Assembly: GCF_003790525.1 (NCBI RefSeq)
Contig: NZ_CP033635.1
Length of the DNA stretch: 64,000 nt
From: Escherichia coli
GTDB lineage: Bacteria > Pseudomonadota > Gammaproteobacteria > Enterobacterales > Enterobacteriaceae
Strand: one strand, 5' to 3'
Below, piece by piece: positions 33,221-46,645 of the stretch (position 1 is the stretch's first letter; the number at the start of each line of letters is the position of its first letter). The translations under genes were made by a program, and so were the position numbers. The notes beneath the pieces were generated by a model. That model did not search any database, was not told where the DNA came from, and worked only from the letters and a program-made list of their open reading frames with translations.

Positions 33221-34546
33221 ATGAATAAATATCAGGCAGTTATTATTGGTTTTGGCAAGGCTGGAAAAACATTAGCCGTCACGCTGGCAAAAGCAGGTTG
33301 GCGTGTGGCTCTCATCGAACAATCAAATGCAATGTATGGCGGGACCTGTATTAATATCGGCTGTATCCCAACCAAAACATTGGTTCATGACGCACAGCAG
33401 CACACAGATTTTGTCCGTGCCATACAGCGTAAAAATGAAGTGGTTAATTTTTTACGTAATAAGAATTTTCATAATCTTGCGGATATGCCCAATATCGACG
33501 TGATCGACGGCCAGGCGGAGTTTATCAATAATCATAGCCTGCGTGTTCATCGGCCTGAGGGAAATCAGGAGATTCATGGCGAGAAAATTTTTATTAATAC
33601 CGGTGCACAAACCGTGGTTCCGCCAATTCCTGGAATTACCACCACGCCTGGTGTATATGACAGCACCGGATTACTTAATCTAAAAGAATTGCCTGCACAT
33701 TTAGGTATTTTGGGCGGCGGATATATTGGCGTTGAGTTCGCCTCTATATTCGCTAATTTTGGCAGCAAAGTAACCATTTTAGAGGCAGCTTCGCTGTTTT
33801 TGCCTCGGGAAGATCGGGATATTGCTGATAATATCGCGACGATTTTACGCGATCAGGGCGTCGATATAATCCTCAATGCCCATGTGGAGCGAATCAGTCA
33901 CCATGAAAATCAAGTGCAAGTGCATAGCGAGCACGCCCAACTGGCGGTGGATGCACTGTTAATAGCTTCCGGTCGTCAACCGGCTACCGCTTCGTTACAT
34001 CCAGAAAATGCAGGTATCGCAGTAAACGAGCGAGGGGCAATTGTCGTTGACAAGCAATTACATACCACCGCAAACAATATTTGGGCGATGGGAGATGTTA
34101 CCGGCGGGCTGCAATTTACTTACATTTCACTGGATGATTACCGCATTGTGCGTGATGAATTGCTGGGAGAAGGCAGACGTAGTACTGATGATCGGAAAAA
34201 TGTGCCTTATTCCGTATTCATGACACCGCCACTGTCCAGGGTTGGTATGACAGAAGAACAGGCCAGAGAGAGTGGTGCTGATATTCAGGTGGTGACATTG
34301 CCTGTAGCTGCAATTCCGCGTGCCAGAGTGATGAATGATACTCGTGGGGTATTAAAAGCGATTGTTGATAATAAAACCCAACGTATATTAGGGGCATCAC
34401 TGCTGTGTGTTGACTCCCACGAGATGATCAATATAGTGAAAATGGTGATGGATGCCGGGCTGCCTTATAGCATATTACGCGATCAGATATTTACTCATCC
34501 GTCGATGAGCGAATCACTCAATGATCTATTTTCATTAGTCAAATAA
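33221..34546 (+). CDS. rclA: Pyridine nucleotide-disulfide (flavin) oxidoreductase
   Basis: 441 aa from MNKYQAV; GxGxxG FAD site and CINIGC redox-active disulfide motif. Confidence 0.85.
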   Translation: MNKYQAVIIGFGKAGKTLAVTLAKAGWRVALIEQSNAMYGGTCINIGCIPTKTLVHDAQQHTDFVRAIQRKNEVVNFLRNKNFHNLADMPNIDVIDGQAEFINNHSLRVHRPEGNQEIHGEKIFINTGAQTVVPPIPGITTTPGVYDSTGLLNLKELPAHLGILGGGYIGVEFASIFANFGSKVTILEAASLFLPREDRDIADNIATILRDQGVDIILNAHVERISHHENQVQVHSEHAQLAVDALLIASGRQPATASLHPENAGIAVNERGAIVVDKQLHTTANNIWAMGDVTGGLQFTYISLDDYRIVRDELLGEGRRSTDDRKNVPYSVFMTPPLSRVGMTEEQARESGADIQVVTLPVAAIPRARVMNDTRGVLKAIVDNKTQRILGASLLCVDSHEMINIVKMVMDAGLPYSILRDQIFTHPSMSESLNDLFSLVK

Positions 34547-34654
34547 ACTCAAAATCAGACGCCAGAACAAATATTCTGGCGTCTCAGAGAAAAGAATCTT
34601 ATTAATTCCCTGTTACTTTATAACTTCTTAATCACTTCATTGATGGTATTTTAT

Positions 34655-34891
34655 ATGTTTAAAAAATCTGTTTTATTTGCAACACTATTATCTGGCGTTA
34701 TGGCATTTTCCACCAATGCAGATGATAAAATAATTCTGAAACATATCAGCGTCTCGTCAGTATCAGCATCACCGACAGTTCTTGAGGATGCCATTGCTGA
34801 TATGGCCAGAAAATATAATGCTTCATCCTGGAAAGTCACATCGATGCGAATTGATAATAATTCAACCGCAACAGCAGTATTGTATAAATAA
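34655..34891 (+). CDS. rclB: Small periplasmic DUF1471 protein
   Basis: 78 aa with signal peptide; synteny. Confidence 0.7.
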   Translation: MFKKSVLFATLLSGVMAFSTNADDKIILKHISVSSVSASPTVLEDAIADMARKYNASSWKVTSMRIDNNSTATAVLYK

Positions 34892-34902
34892 GGATGTTTA
34901 CA

Positions 34903-35496
34903 ATGGAGAAATACCTGCACCTGTTAAGTCGGGGAGATAAAATTGGCCTGACATTGATTCGTCTGAGTATTGCGATTGTTTTTATGTGGATTGGGTTATT
35001 AAAGTTTGTCCCTTATGAGGCAGACAGCATTACACCATTCGTCGCAAACAGTCCACTAATGTCGTTCTTTTATGAACACCCAGAAGACTATAAACAGTAT
35101 CTGACTCACGAAGGCGAATACAAACCAGAAGCAAGAGCATGGCAAACGGCTAATAATACCTATGGTTTTTCCAACGGTCTTGGCGTCGTGGAGGTGATTA
35201 TTGCTCTGCTGGTTTTGGCTAATCCTGTCAATCGCTGGTTAGGTTTATTGGGTGGGCTGATGGCATTTACCACGCCGCTGGTAACACTCTCATTTTTAAT
35301 CACCACTCCGGAAGCATGGGTACCCGCATTGGGTGATGCTCATCATGGTTTCCCTTATTTATCCGGTGCTGGTCGTCTGGTATTGAAAGATACTCTGATG
35401 CTGGCAGGAGCTGTCATGATAATGGCAGATTCGGCGCGGGACATTCTTAAACAACGCAGTAATGAATCCAGTTCAACGTTAAAAACTGAATATTGA
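34903..35496 (+). CDS. rclC: DUF417 inner-membrane protein
   Basis: 197 aa hydrophobic ORF; synteny. Confidence 0.75.
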   Translation: MEKYLHLLSRGDKIGLTLIRLSIAIVFMWIGLLKFVPYEADSITPFVANSPLMSFFYEHPEDYKQYLTHEGEYKPEARAWQTANNTYGFSNGLGVVEVIIALLVLANPVNRWLGLLGGLMAFTTPLVTLSFLITTPEAWVPALGDAHHGFPYLSGAGRLVLKDTLMLAGAVMIMADSARDILKQRSNESSSTLKTEY

Positions 35497-35657
35497 TAAT
35501 CCGAACACTGTCTGTTGTTCACTTTTTCAGGCGTCAGGCTTTCCTTGCTAATGGGTGAAGCCTGACGCCATATTACCTGAAACAGGACAATGTAAGGTTC
35601 AATATAACTCCCTTATTAAAACATTTATGTCATCTCAGGTAAAATAAGTGATTAATA

Positions 35658-36542
35658 TCAACCATGTGTTTTTACAGCAAGACAACCACGAACAAACTCA
35701 GGATTAAAATGTTTTACCGATTCGCCAACATAACCCAAATCTAGCGAACTAATTTGCGCCATTTCTTTCTCTGTCAGTGAGAAATCCCAGATAGCAAAAT
35801 TTTCTTCGATACGCTGTTGATGTGTCGATTTCGGAATAACGACCACTCCCCGTTGAATATTCCAACGCAGAATGACTTGAGAAATCGATTTTTGATGGGC
35901 ATCTGCAATACTCTGAAGCAGATTATTTTCAAAGGGTTTATGTCGTCCACCACCTAACGGAGCCCATGCTTCAGGCTGCACGTTATAATACTTCATGGTT
36001 GCCAGCGCCTCTGGTTGGGCAAAATAGGGATGCAACTCGACCTGGTTGACCATCGGTTTAACTCTTACCGTTTCACAAAAGTTCGCCAGAACATGAGGGT
36101 AGAAATTGGAAACCCCAATCGCTTTTAATTTGCCCTCTTCATAGGCATCTTCGAGTGCACGCCACGCACTAAAATAATCGCGCATGGCCTGGTGCAATAA
36201 ATAGAGATCGAAGTATTCTAGCCCCGATTTTTTTAATGATGCTTCAATACCTGCTGCTGCAATATCCTGATTCAACATATCCTGCACCCACAATTTAGAC
36301 GTTATAAATAACTCTTCTCGGGTACATAAACCTTCAGATATGGCTTCACGAACGGCTTCACCGACGGCATCTTCATTACCGTATACCGCTGCAGTGTCGA
36401 TGAGTCGATAACCCGTGCGGATAGCATTCAACACTGACTGTTTACACACGTCTTTATCGGTAACCTGAAAAACACCAAATCCCATCATCGGCATTTTCAG
36501 ATTGTTACTTAATACGGAAAATTCCACTGTCAGTCCCTCCAT
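35658..36542 (-). CDS. Aldo-keto reductase (2,5-diketo-D-gluconate reductase-like)
   Basis: 294 aa AKR-family ORF (IDTAAVYGNE, LHQ, IPKS motifs); paralogue of the AKR at 42572. Confidence 0.8.
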   Translation of the reverse strand: MEGLTVEFSVLSNNLKMPMMGFGVFQVTDKDVCKQSVLNAIRTGYRLIDTAAVYGNEDAVGEAVREAISEGLCTREELFITSKLWVQDMLNQDIAAAGIEASLKKSGLEYFDLYLLHQAMRDYFSAWRALEDAYEEGKLKAIGVSNFYPHVLANFCETVRVKPMVNQVELHPYFAQPEALATMKYYNVQPEAWAPLGGGRHKPFENNLLQSIADAHQKSISQVILRWNIQRGVVVIPKSTHQQRIEENFAIWDFSLTEKEMAQISSLDLGYVGESVKHFNPEFVRGCLAVKTHG

Positions 36543-36774
36543 TAGGTATGAACAATGAGTCTACGTTAAAACGTAACCTCAAATTAGTATGTGGATTTTG
36601 ATATCACTTATGCAAAAAATTCATTAATAATGTAGGACTGAAACCTCTCTATTTTTGGGGCAATGAAGCAGACGCTATCAGTGCTTTTGCCTTGGGACTT
36701 GCTGTTTTTGATACACTTAGGGCCCAGGACATAACGAAAATGTGCGATATGACAAAGAATTAACGGAGTATGTG

Positions 36775-37632
36775 ATGATCAGGCAGAAGATTCTACAGCA
36801 GCTCCTGGAGTGGATTGAGTGCAATCTTGAGCACCCTATTTCAATCGAAGATATCGCACAGAAATCTGGCTACAGCAGACGCAACATCCAGCTTCTGTTC
36901 CGAAATTTCATGCATGTGCCTTTGGGAGAATACATTCGCAAACGAAGGCTTTGTCGTGCCGCCATTCTTGTCCGGCTCTCCGCGAAATCTATGCTTGATA
37001 TTGCACTCTCTTTGCATTTTGATTCACAGCAATCATTCAGCCGAGAATTTAAAAAGTTATTCGGCTGCTCTCCCCGTGAATACCGCCACCGTGATTATTG
37101 GGATCTCGCAAATATCTTCCCTTCTTTTTTAATACGTCAACAGCAAAAGACGGAGTGTAGATTAGTCAACTTTCCTGAGACACCTATTTTTGGCAATTCA
37201 TTTAAATATTATATTGAAGTGTCGAATAAATCACCGGATGAAGAAGTCAAACTGCGACGTCATCATTTAGTCAGATGTATGAAGAATTTTAAGACGGATA
37301 TCTATTTCGTCTCCACGTTCGAACCGTCAACAAAATCGGTCGATTTGCTCACAGTTGAAACTTTTGCCGGTACGGTATGCAAAGAAACCGATTCAGAGAT
37401 GTCGAAAGAGTGGACAATTAACCGAGGACTGTATGCCTCTTTCCGCTATGAAGGTGAGTGGGAGCTCTACCCTGAATGGACGCGAAACCTCTATCTGATG
37501 GAATTACCCGCCAGGAGGTTAGCCAGAATGAACGGCAGTGATATTGAGCGATTTTATTACAATGAAGATTTCGTAGAAAAGGATAGCAATGATGTTGTTT
37601 GCGAAATATTTATCCCTGTTCGTCCGGTTTAG
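36775..37632 (+). CDS. ykgA: AraC-family regulator with GyrI-like effector domain
   Basis: N-terminal AraC HTH; start placed at MIRQKIL (GGAG 6 nt upstream); track ORF starts 36742. Confidence 0.7.
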   Translation: MIRQKILQQLLEWIECNLEHPISIEDIAQKSGYSRRNIQLLFRNFMHVPLGEYIRKRRLCRAAILVRLSAKSMLDIALSLHFDSQQSFSREFKKLFGCSPREYRHRDYWDLANIFPSFLIRQQQKTECRLVNFPETPIFGNSFKYYIEVSNKSPDEEVKLRRHHLVRCMKNFKTDIYFVSTFEPSTKSVDLLTVETFAGTVCKETDSEMSKEWTINRGLYASFRYEGEWELYPEWTRNLYLMELPARRLARMNGSDIERFYYNEDFVEKDSNDVVCEIFIPVRPV

Positions 37633-37686
37633 TTATCGCTATATCTAAATGAATTTATAACGAGACTACTGTCAGGCAATTCAATA

Positions 37687-37719
37687 AATAATGGCGTTGA
37701 AGATGTCAACGCCATTATT
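37687..37719. terminator. Bidirectional intrinsic terminator between convergent ykgA and eaeH
   Basis: Perfect 14-bp stem AATAATGGCGTTGA/TCAACGCCATTATT with 5-nt loop, A-rich upstream and T-rich downstream. Confidence 0.6.
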
Positions 37720-37752
37720 GTTTATTAGAATGTTACTTTCATACTCTTAATA

Positions 37753-40700
37753 TTATTTCATCGCCTCCTCGCCCGTTGCCGTATTGGCATCCACCGCGGT
37801 AATGGTCACAGTCACTGGTTTCATTTCATACCCTCCATATGTCAAAGAGTTGAATGTGAATGTGTATGTACCTGGCTTGTTGGTACTAAATGTACGCGTG
37901 ATTTTTCCGCTCACGAAATGGTCATTTTTCGACGGCAGGAATTGATAATCCTTCTCCGTCACTCCTTCCGGAGCCTCAATGTCGACCCACACATTCCCCC
38001 CAACAGGGTTATTTGCCGAGAACAGGGTAACCGTCATTGTTGCGGTCTGTACCCCATCCGCCACCAGAGAAGTCACATCAGATGATGCGGCGAGCACCGC
38101 GTTTTTATCATCCGCGACGAATTTAGATTCAGCAGTTTTCGTCGATTCCTGACCGTTGGCCTGTTCCACTTTCGCCGTGAGTGTATATTTCGCCGCGACA
38201 GTGGTCGTGGCGGTGAAAATAGCCTGCCCTTGCTCATTAGTTTTCGCCGTCCCATCGGGATCCAGAGCTAAATTTGCCGGGCTGGCAGTCAGCGTCACCT
38301 CGCTATCTTTCAACAGGTTGTTATTGGCATCAGTCACCGTAACTTTATACGTCTGTTTGGCTTTGCCGTCCGCCAGAGCATAGTTGCCAATCACCTCAAT
38401 ACCGGAGACGGTTGCGGTAGTCTTATCGGCTACAAACGTTATAGTCTGCGCATCCGAAGGCTGGTCATTTCCTGCCGATGCCGTGATCTCATAGGTTCCG
38501 GCAGTCACGGAAACCACCTGCAACTCTGCTTTCCCCTCATCGTTGGCTTTCACCCAGACATTATCGCCTGTAAGCGGCTTGACACCCCGGGGCAGATTAA
38601 AGGTCACCAGGCTCCCTGGAACAGGGTTACCATTTTTATCCTCAACGTTCGCCGTCAGCGTAAAGGCATCTTTGCCGTTTGCCACTTTTTGAGCAGCGGC
38701 GTCTACCTGCAGGTTTGCCTGACCGGTGCTGGCATCCGCGTTGAATTTCACCGTGACCGTCTTCTGAGAGTTTTTCACCGCGGCCGCGATTTCAAGTTCC
38801 CCTGCAACGGTTGATATCAACTCAATATCCGCTTTACCTGCCGCATTGGTTGTTACTGTATTCCCCGTCTTGCTGGTCACACCCTGCGGTAAAGTCAGCG
38901 TAACTTCTTGCCCCTGCAACGGGTTACCATAGGTGTCCACAACGGTCAGGGTTACCTGGTTAGTCGACTGTCCATTTGCCAGCTGGTTATCAACCTTCAC
39001 TGTCATATCACGAATCTCAGCCTTAGATGCGTCACCAGCAACATTCAGCACCAGTGGTTGAGCAACGGCATTTTGGCCGTTCACGCGCGGCATGACTGAT
39101 AGCTGGCCTGCAGCCGATCCCAGCGTTAAGGTCGCCACGTAGACCCCATTACTTTGCTCTGTCCAGCTTCCTGCTGAAGGTCGCTCTGATCCCGTGCTGG
39201 CGGCACCGCTAAACACTGGTGCATCGAGCTTCAGGCCACTAACAGGGTTCCCATACGCATCCTTCGCGGTGAAGGTAAGTTCCGTCGTCGCTTTGACGGT
39301 CGGAGCCTTATTGTCCGCAACAAGCGTAGAGTTCGCTGATGACATCTCTCCGGCAATAACAGTCAGCTGCGCGGCTTCGGTGGCTGCTGGCTGGCCGTTG
39401 AATAGCGGCATGACGAGAAGCTCACCCGTCTTTCCACCTGTTGTCAGCGTAGCGACATAGGAACCATCACCTTTTTCGGTCCAACTGGAAACAGTCGCCC
39501 CTTCAGACGCAGCACCCGTCAGGCTTGCCGACAGGGAAAGACCACTGATAGCGTTGCCATGTGCATCTTTTGCAATAAGCGTTACGGTTGTGCTTTCACC
39601 GGCTTTTACGTGATCTTCTGCGACAGAGACTTTCGACTGGTTTGAAGATAATGCATCAGCCACCACGGTTACTTTTGCCGCATTTGCTGCCGCATCCTGT
39701 CCATTTAGCTTCGGCATAACGTCTAATTCACCCGCCGTAGAGCCGAGAGTAATCTGCGCAGTCCACGTTCCATCACCATTATTTGTCCAGCCAGATGCCG
39801 TAGAACCTACAGCCGCAGCACCCGCTAATGACGGCGCTTCCGGCGTGAGGCTGGTCACAGGGTTGTCATAGGCATCTTTTGCCGTCCAGATTGCCGTAAC
39901 TGTACCGCCAACCACCGGTTTATCAGGATTCAGGGTGATGGACGAATGTGCTGCATCAAGCGGCCCGGCAACAAACTTCAGCGTTTGTTGTAATGTGCCC
40001 AGCTGATACTGCTCGCTGAAGGCACGCACAACAACGTTTCCGGCACGGGTCGAAGAAACCGTGGCGCTGTAAACCCCTGGTTTTATTTCCGAAATGGCAC
40101 CAACGGTTACACCATTAGTGTCTTGCGGAACAAGTCGCAGGCGGCTGGCTTCTCCCGTCACCGGGTTACCATCAGTATCCACCGCAGTAAGCGTCAGCGT
40201 GTGGGATTGCTGACCATCAGCAACCACATCACCTGACGGCTCGTTAGCGCTCAGGGTGGAGTTTGCCACATCCATCATCGTGGCCCGCAGTTCTGCAGTG
40301 ACAGTTTTGCTCATGTCATCAACGCTAACAGTAATCGTTGCCTCACCTGACTGCGTTCCGGTAGTAAAGACAGACTGATACACCCCTGCTTCAGTTTCGG
40401 TGAACTCACCCAGTGTTGGCTGTGCCTGTGATTTAGTGGCCTTCAGGGTACGAGTCACAATATTTCCAGCTGGCTTGAACGTCAGCTCAGTCTTGATCTG
40501 ATCTTTCATGCCCGTGACTGGCTGCCCCTCGGCGTCTCGCAGAGAAAGCACCAGTGGCTTTTGCTCACTACCGTTAGCAAGCATTTGAATACGGCTCTGA
40601 CCGTCAAGCGTTAACGCCGTGCGCTCGGCACTCATACCTGCTCCGGTAATGACCACCTCTGTCTGCACGCGTTTTGAGGCATTGCCTTTGTTATCGTAGG

Positions 40701-42006
40701 CAACCGCAGAAATCGCATAATAATTGTCTTTGCCTGCCTGGTAAGCCGGGAGCGTCACTTGCCACTGATTACCCTGCCCCGTAATTTTTCCGCCTGCGGC
40801 CAGCAAAGACGGCGCTTCCCATTGAACATTTTTCAGACCGTGAGTTGCTTTACTCACCACAAGTCCCAGGGAAACCGTCTGCCCGCCCTTACCTGCAATA
40901 CGGTCAGGCAGAGCAATACGGATCACTTCAGATTTGCGATACTCAAGAACGATGTTGTTATTACGCTCAACCAGGTCATAGCGGCTGCCTGCCAGCATTC
41001 GACGCTCGCGAATGCTATCCGTATCGAGTTGTTTCGCCAAAGGTTCGCCAATTCGGTAGTTAACTTCCAGGCCAAAGCGAGTGTCATTCTCACCGCTCTT
41101 GCCCTGCTTATGCCCGGCGCTCAGTGTCAGAAGAGGCACTGGTGTATAGGTTACCTCGGCAGAAATAGCATGCGGGTCTTTCTGGCGTTTATCTTTACCA
41201 AACAGCCCGACTTCATCGCCATAATACTGTTCATACATCAGGCTTGCGCCAAGCTGCGGCCAGGCAGGTAAATAGCCCTCTGCGCGGATATCCCAACCAT
41301 TCGCCGGGCGTTCCTGATAATCCTCAATATCCGGCGATTTTTTCCAGCCAGAAGCCCGAATATAACCATTGGCGCTCAGTTTCAAATAATCGCGCCAGTA
41401 TTCCGCACCAACACCAATGCGGGTATGACTACGGGATAAATCATGATCGATAAAAGTATTCACCCCCGCCATCCAGTCATTTCCTGAAAAATGACGCCAG
41501 CCAAAACCAATATTTGACTGAGTACGATCGTCTGTACGATGTATTGCCCCCTGAGTGAACAACATATTTGTCGGCGTATCATAAATCGGATAAAGCATTT
41601 CCAGCGAAGAATCCTTCAGCGAGAAATCTTTATCGACATTCAGTTTGACGCGCGCTGTACCATATTTCCCGAGCCACTCCTGTATTTCCTGGTTAGCTTT
41701 AGCGGTGGCCATTCCGGTAATAAAATTACGTGTCGCATCGCTATCTGGCTGACTGCTTAAAAATGTCCCGGCATTTGCGGCAAACGACGCGACATTTTTC
41801 TCCACGTTACTATCAGCAGTTACCGTAGTATTTCCCATGCTCAACCGTGGCTGAACCGCATGCTGCGCACGTGCCGCCATTACTGGGGTAAAGGTGACAG
41901 CGAGTGGAAAAAGAACCTGAACAGAGATATTTGCCCACGCCACGCAGCGGGCCAGAACTGAATAACGAAATTGTGGTTGTTTATGACCTGTTTTATAACG
42001 TGACAT
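37753..42006 (-). CDS. eaeH: Intimin/invasin-family outer-membrane adhesin with multiple bacterial Ig-like domains
   Basis: Intact 1417 aa ORF; N-terminal signal and beta-barrel region, then a long array of Ig-like repeats (recurring VMPxxNGQ motifs). Confidence 0.88.
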   Translation of the reverse strand: MSRYKTGHKQPQFRYSVLARCVAWANISVQVLFPLAVTFTPVMAARAQHAVQPRLSMGNTTVTADSNVEKNVASFAANAGTFLSSQPDSDATRNFITGMATAKANQEIQEWLGKYGTARVKLNVDKDFSLKDSSLEMLYPIYDTPTNMLFTQGAIHRTDDRTQSNIGFGWRHFSGNDWMAGVNTFIDHDLSRSHTRIGVGAEYWRDYLKLSANGYIRASGWKKSPDIEDYQERPANGWDIRAEGYLPAWPQLGASLMYEQYYGDEVGLFGKDKRQKDPHAISAEVTYTPVPLLTLSAGHKQGKSGENDTRFGLEVNYRIGEPLAKQLDTDSIRERRMLAGSRYDLVERNNNIVLEYRKSEVIRIALPDRIAGKGGQTVSLGLVVSKATHGLKNVQWEAPSLLAAGGKITGQGNQWQVTLPAYQAGKDNYYAISAVAYDNKGNASKRVQTEVVITGAGMSAERTALTLDGQSRIQMLANGSEQKPLVLSLRDAEGQPVTGMKDQIKTELTFKPAGNIVTRTLKATKSQAQPTLGEFTETEAGVYQSVFTTGTQSGEATITVSVDDMSKTVTAELRATMMDVANSTLSANEPSGDVVADGQQSHTLTLTAVDTDGNPVTGEASRLRLVPQDTNGVTVGAISEIKPGVYSATVSSTRAGNVVVRAFSEQYQLGTLQQTLKFVAGPLDAAHSSITLNPDKPVVGGTVTAIWTAKDAYDNPVTSLTPEAPSLAGAAAVGSTASGWTNNGDGTWTAQITLGSTAGELDVMPKLNGQDAAANAAKVTVVADALSSNQSKVSVAEDHVKAGESTTVTLIAKDAHGNAISGLSLSASLTGAASEGATVSSWTEKGDGSYVATLTTGGKTGELLVMPLFNGQPAATEAAQLTVIAGEMSSANSTLVADNKAPTVKATTELTFTAKDAYGNPVSGLKLDAPVFSGAASTGSERPSAGSWTEQSNGVYVATLTLGSAAGQLSVMPRVNGQNAVAQPLVLNVAGDASKAEIRDMTVKVDNQLANGQSTNQVTLTVVDTYGNPLQGQEVTLTLPQGVTSKTGNTVTTNAAGKADIELISTVAGELEIAAAVKNSQKTVTVKFNADASTGQANLQVDAAAQKVANGKDAFTLTANVEDKNGNPVPGSLVTFNLPRGVKPLTGDNVWVKANDEGKAELQVVSVTAGTYEITASAGNDQPSDAQTITFVADKTTATVSGIEVIGNYALADGKAKQTYKVTVTDANNNLLKDSEVTLTASPANLALDPDGTAKTNEQGQAIFTATTTVAAKYTLTAKVEQANGQESTKTAESKFVADDKNAVLAASSDVTSLVADGVQTATMTVTLFSANNPVGGNVWVDIEAPEGVTEKDYQFLPSKNDHFVSGKITRTFSTNKPGTYTFTFNSLTYGGYEMKPVTVTITAVDANTATGEEAMK

Positions 42007-42556
42007 TGAGATAATTTCCTGATGAACGAATTAACGAACATAGGCAGACACAAATAATGGCGTCTGCTTGTCAGAAAAACCGGGGATTTCCCGGTTTCCT
42101 TTTCCGCAGAAAAGGAAATACCTTTATGTAAGAAAGTACACCGCCACCTAATATATCCAGTGCCTGGAGCCACTCATCAGGTGGTTGGGCGCGGGATTAT
42201 ATTTTTATTTATGAGTAAAAATTTAGCTTTTTGTGCAAGTCATTAAATAGATACCTAAGTTATATTTCTTACTCTGCGGACAGTGAATAATTCATTATTC
42301 AGAGTGAATAATAATGACCTGCCTTTAATTAGCAACTATTGGAAATACGTCGAAGTAGGTATATACGCCAGGATAAACCAATATATTTTTTATGGATATT
42401 CATTTTCCTTCATCGGACTGTAAATTGCGGGAATATCGAACTTGCACGACTAATCTCAACCCTCAAACAGATTTATGAATTTTGTTCATAACCCCTGACA
42501 AATCCTGCCGTCTAATCGAGCTCTTCCCTTTACGTTATGCTTCTCATGAACGATAA

Positions 42557-45480
<2,924 letters not shown>

Positions 45481-45562
45481 CTAAACTTTCAGGAGATTTA
45501 TTATGAATAAACGTATCCTCACGATTGCGCCATTCTTCTTACCGATATTCTGACACACATCA

Positions 45563-46489
45563 TTAACTTTCTATTTTTACTCTTTTCTCCACCATAAAAT
45601 CAATAAAAGCACGAACTTTAGAGGGCATTCTCACCCGTGATGAAACATATATATAAAATCCAGGAAATGAAACGGCCCAATCCTCAAGAATCGGCTGTAA
45701 CTTGCCCGCATTGATATGTTCAGCGATTGCAAAATCCAGATGTTGAATGATACCCGTTCCATTCAGCGCCATTCGTATCATGCTTTCGTCATCATTAGAA
45801 ATATACTTACCTGACACCTCTATTTCGAACTCTTCATTACCCCCCACAACATTCGAAAACTCCCATGCTGAGAGTGCACCGCTACTTTTATGCCGCAACC
45901 GAAGACAATTATGGTTACTCAATTCCTGAGGAGTTTCAGGAATACCGTGTTCTTTTAAATAATCTGGCGATGCCACAGTAACCAGTTTAATAAGCGGAGA
46001 AACAGGAACGGCAGTCATATGCTCATCCAGTCCTTGCTCAAGACGTATGCCCACATCACAGCCGTCCGCAATAATGTTAGATAAACCGTCATCCATAATG
46101 AGTTCTATCTTTGTTTTGGGGTAACGAGTAAGAAACTCGCCAATATGAGGCTCAACAAGCATCCTTGCTGCAACACGGGAGGAATTTATTCTCAACAGTC
46201 CTGTAGGTTCAAGTTGGGTATCACCGACATCTTTCAACGCATCATCAATTTGCCCCAAAGCCGACACCAGCACTTCATACAGACGCTGTCCTTCCTCAGT
46301 AAGCGACATATTGCGGGTCGTACGGTATATCAGCTTGGTGTTAAGACGTTCCTCAAGAGATTTTAAATTCTGGGACAATGCGGCCCGCGTAATACCCATT
46401 TCAGAAGCGGCTCTGGAAAAACTGCCGGCACGAACAATCAGCGCAAACCAGGCAAGAGAAGGCAAAATTGAAGGCTCTATTTTCATCAT
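45563..46489 (-). CDS. LysR-family transcriptional regulator
   Basis: LysR HTH (FSRAASEMGITRAALSQNLKSLE); start placed at MMKIEPS; divergent from hydrolase/OYE pair. Confidence 0.8.
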   Translation of the reverse strand: MMKIEPSILPSLAWFALIVRAGSFSRAASEMGITRAALSQNLKSLEERLNTKLIYRTTRNMSLTEEGQRLYEVLVSALGQIDDALKDVGDTQLEPTGLLRINSSRVAARMLVEPHIGEFLTRYPKTKIELIMDDGLSNIIADGCDVGIRLEQGLDEHMTAVPVSPLIKLVTVASPDYLKEHGIPETPQELSNHNCLRLRHKSSGALSAWEFSNVVGGNEEFEIEVSGKYISNDDESMIRMALNGTGIIQHLDFAIAEHINAGKLQPILEDWAVSFPGFYIYVSSRVRMPSKVRAFIDFMVEKRVKIES

Positions 46490-46645
46490 TGTAAACCTTA
46501 ACTTAACACTGTGATAGATATTAGACCATTGATGATAACCAATACAAGTCATACTATTACGCCGTTCTCGATATGAACACAAATGCCAGTTGCGGATAAT
46601 AGAAATGATATTTAAATCTGTTTAGGCAAATCCCTGGAGCTTGAA

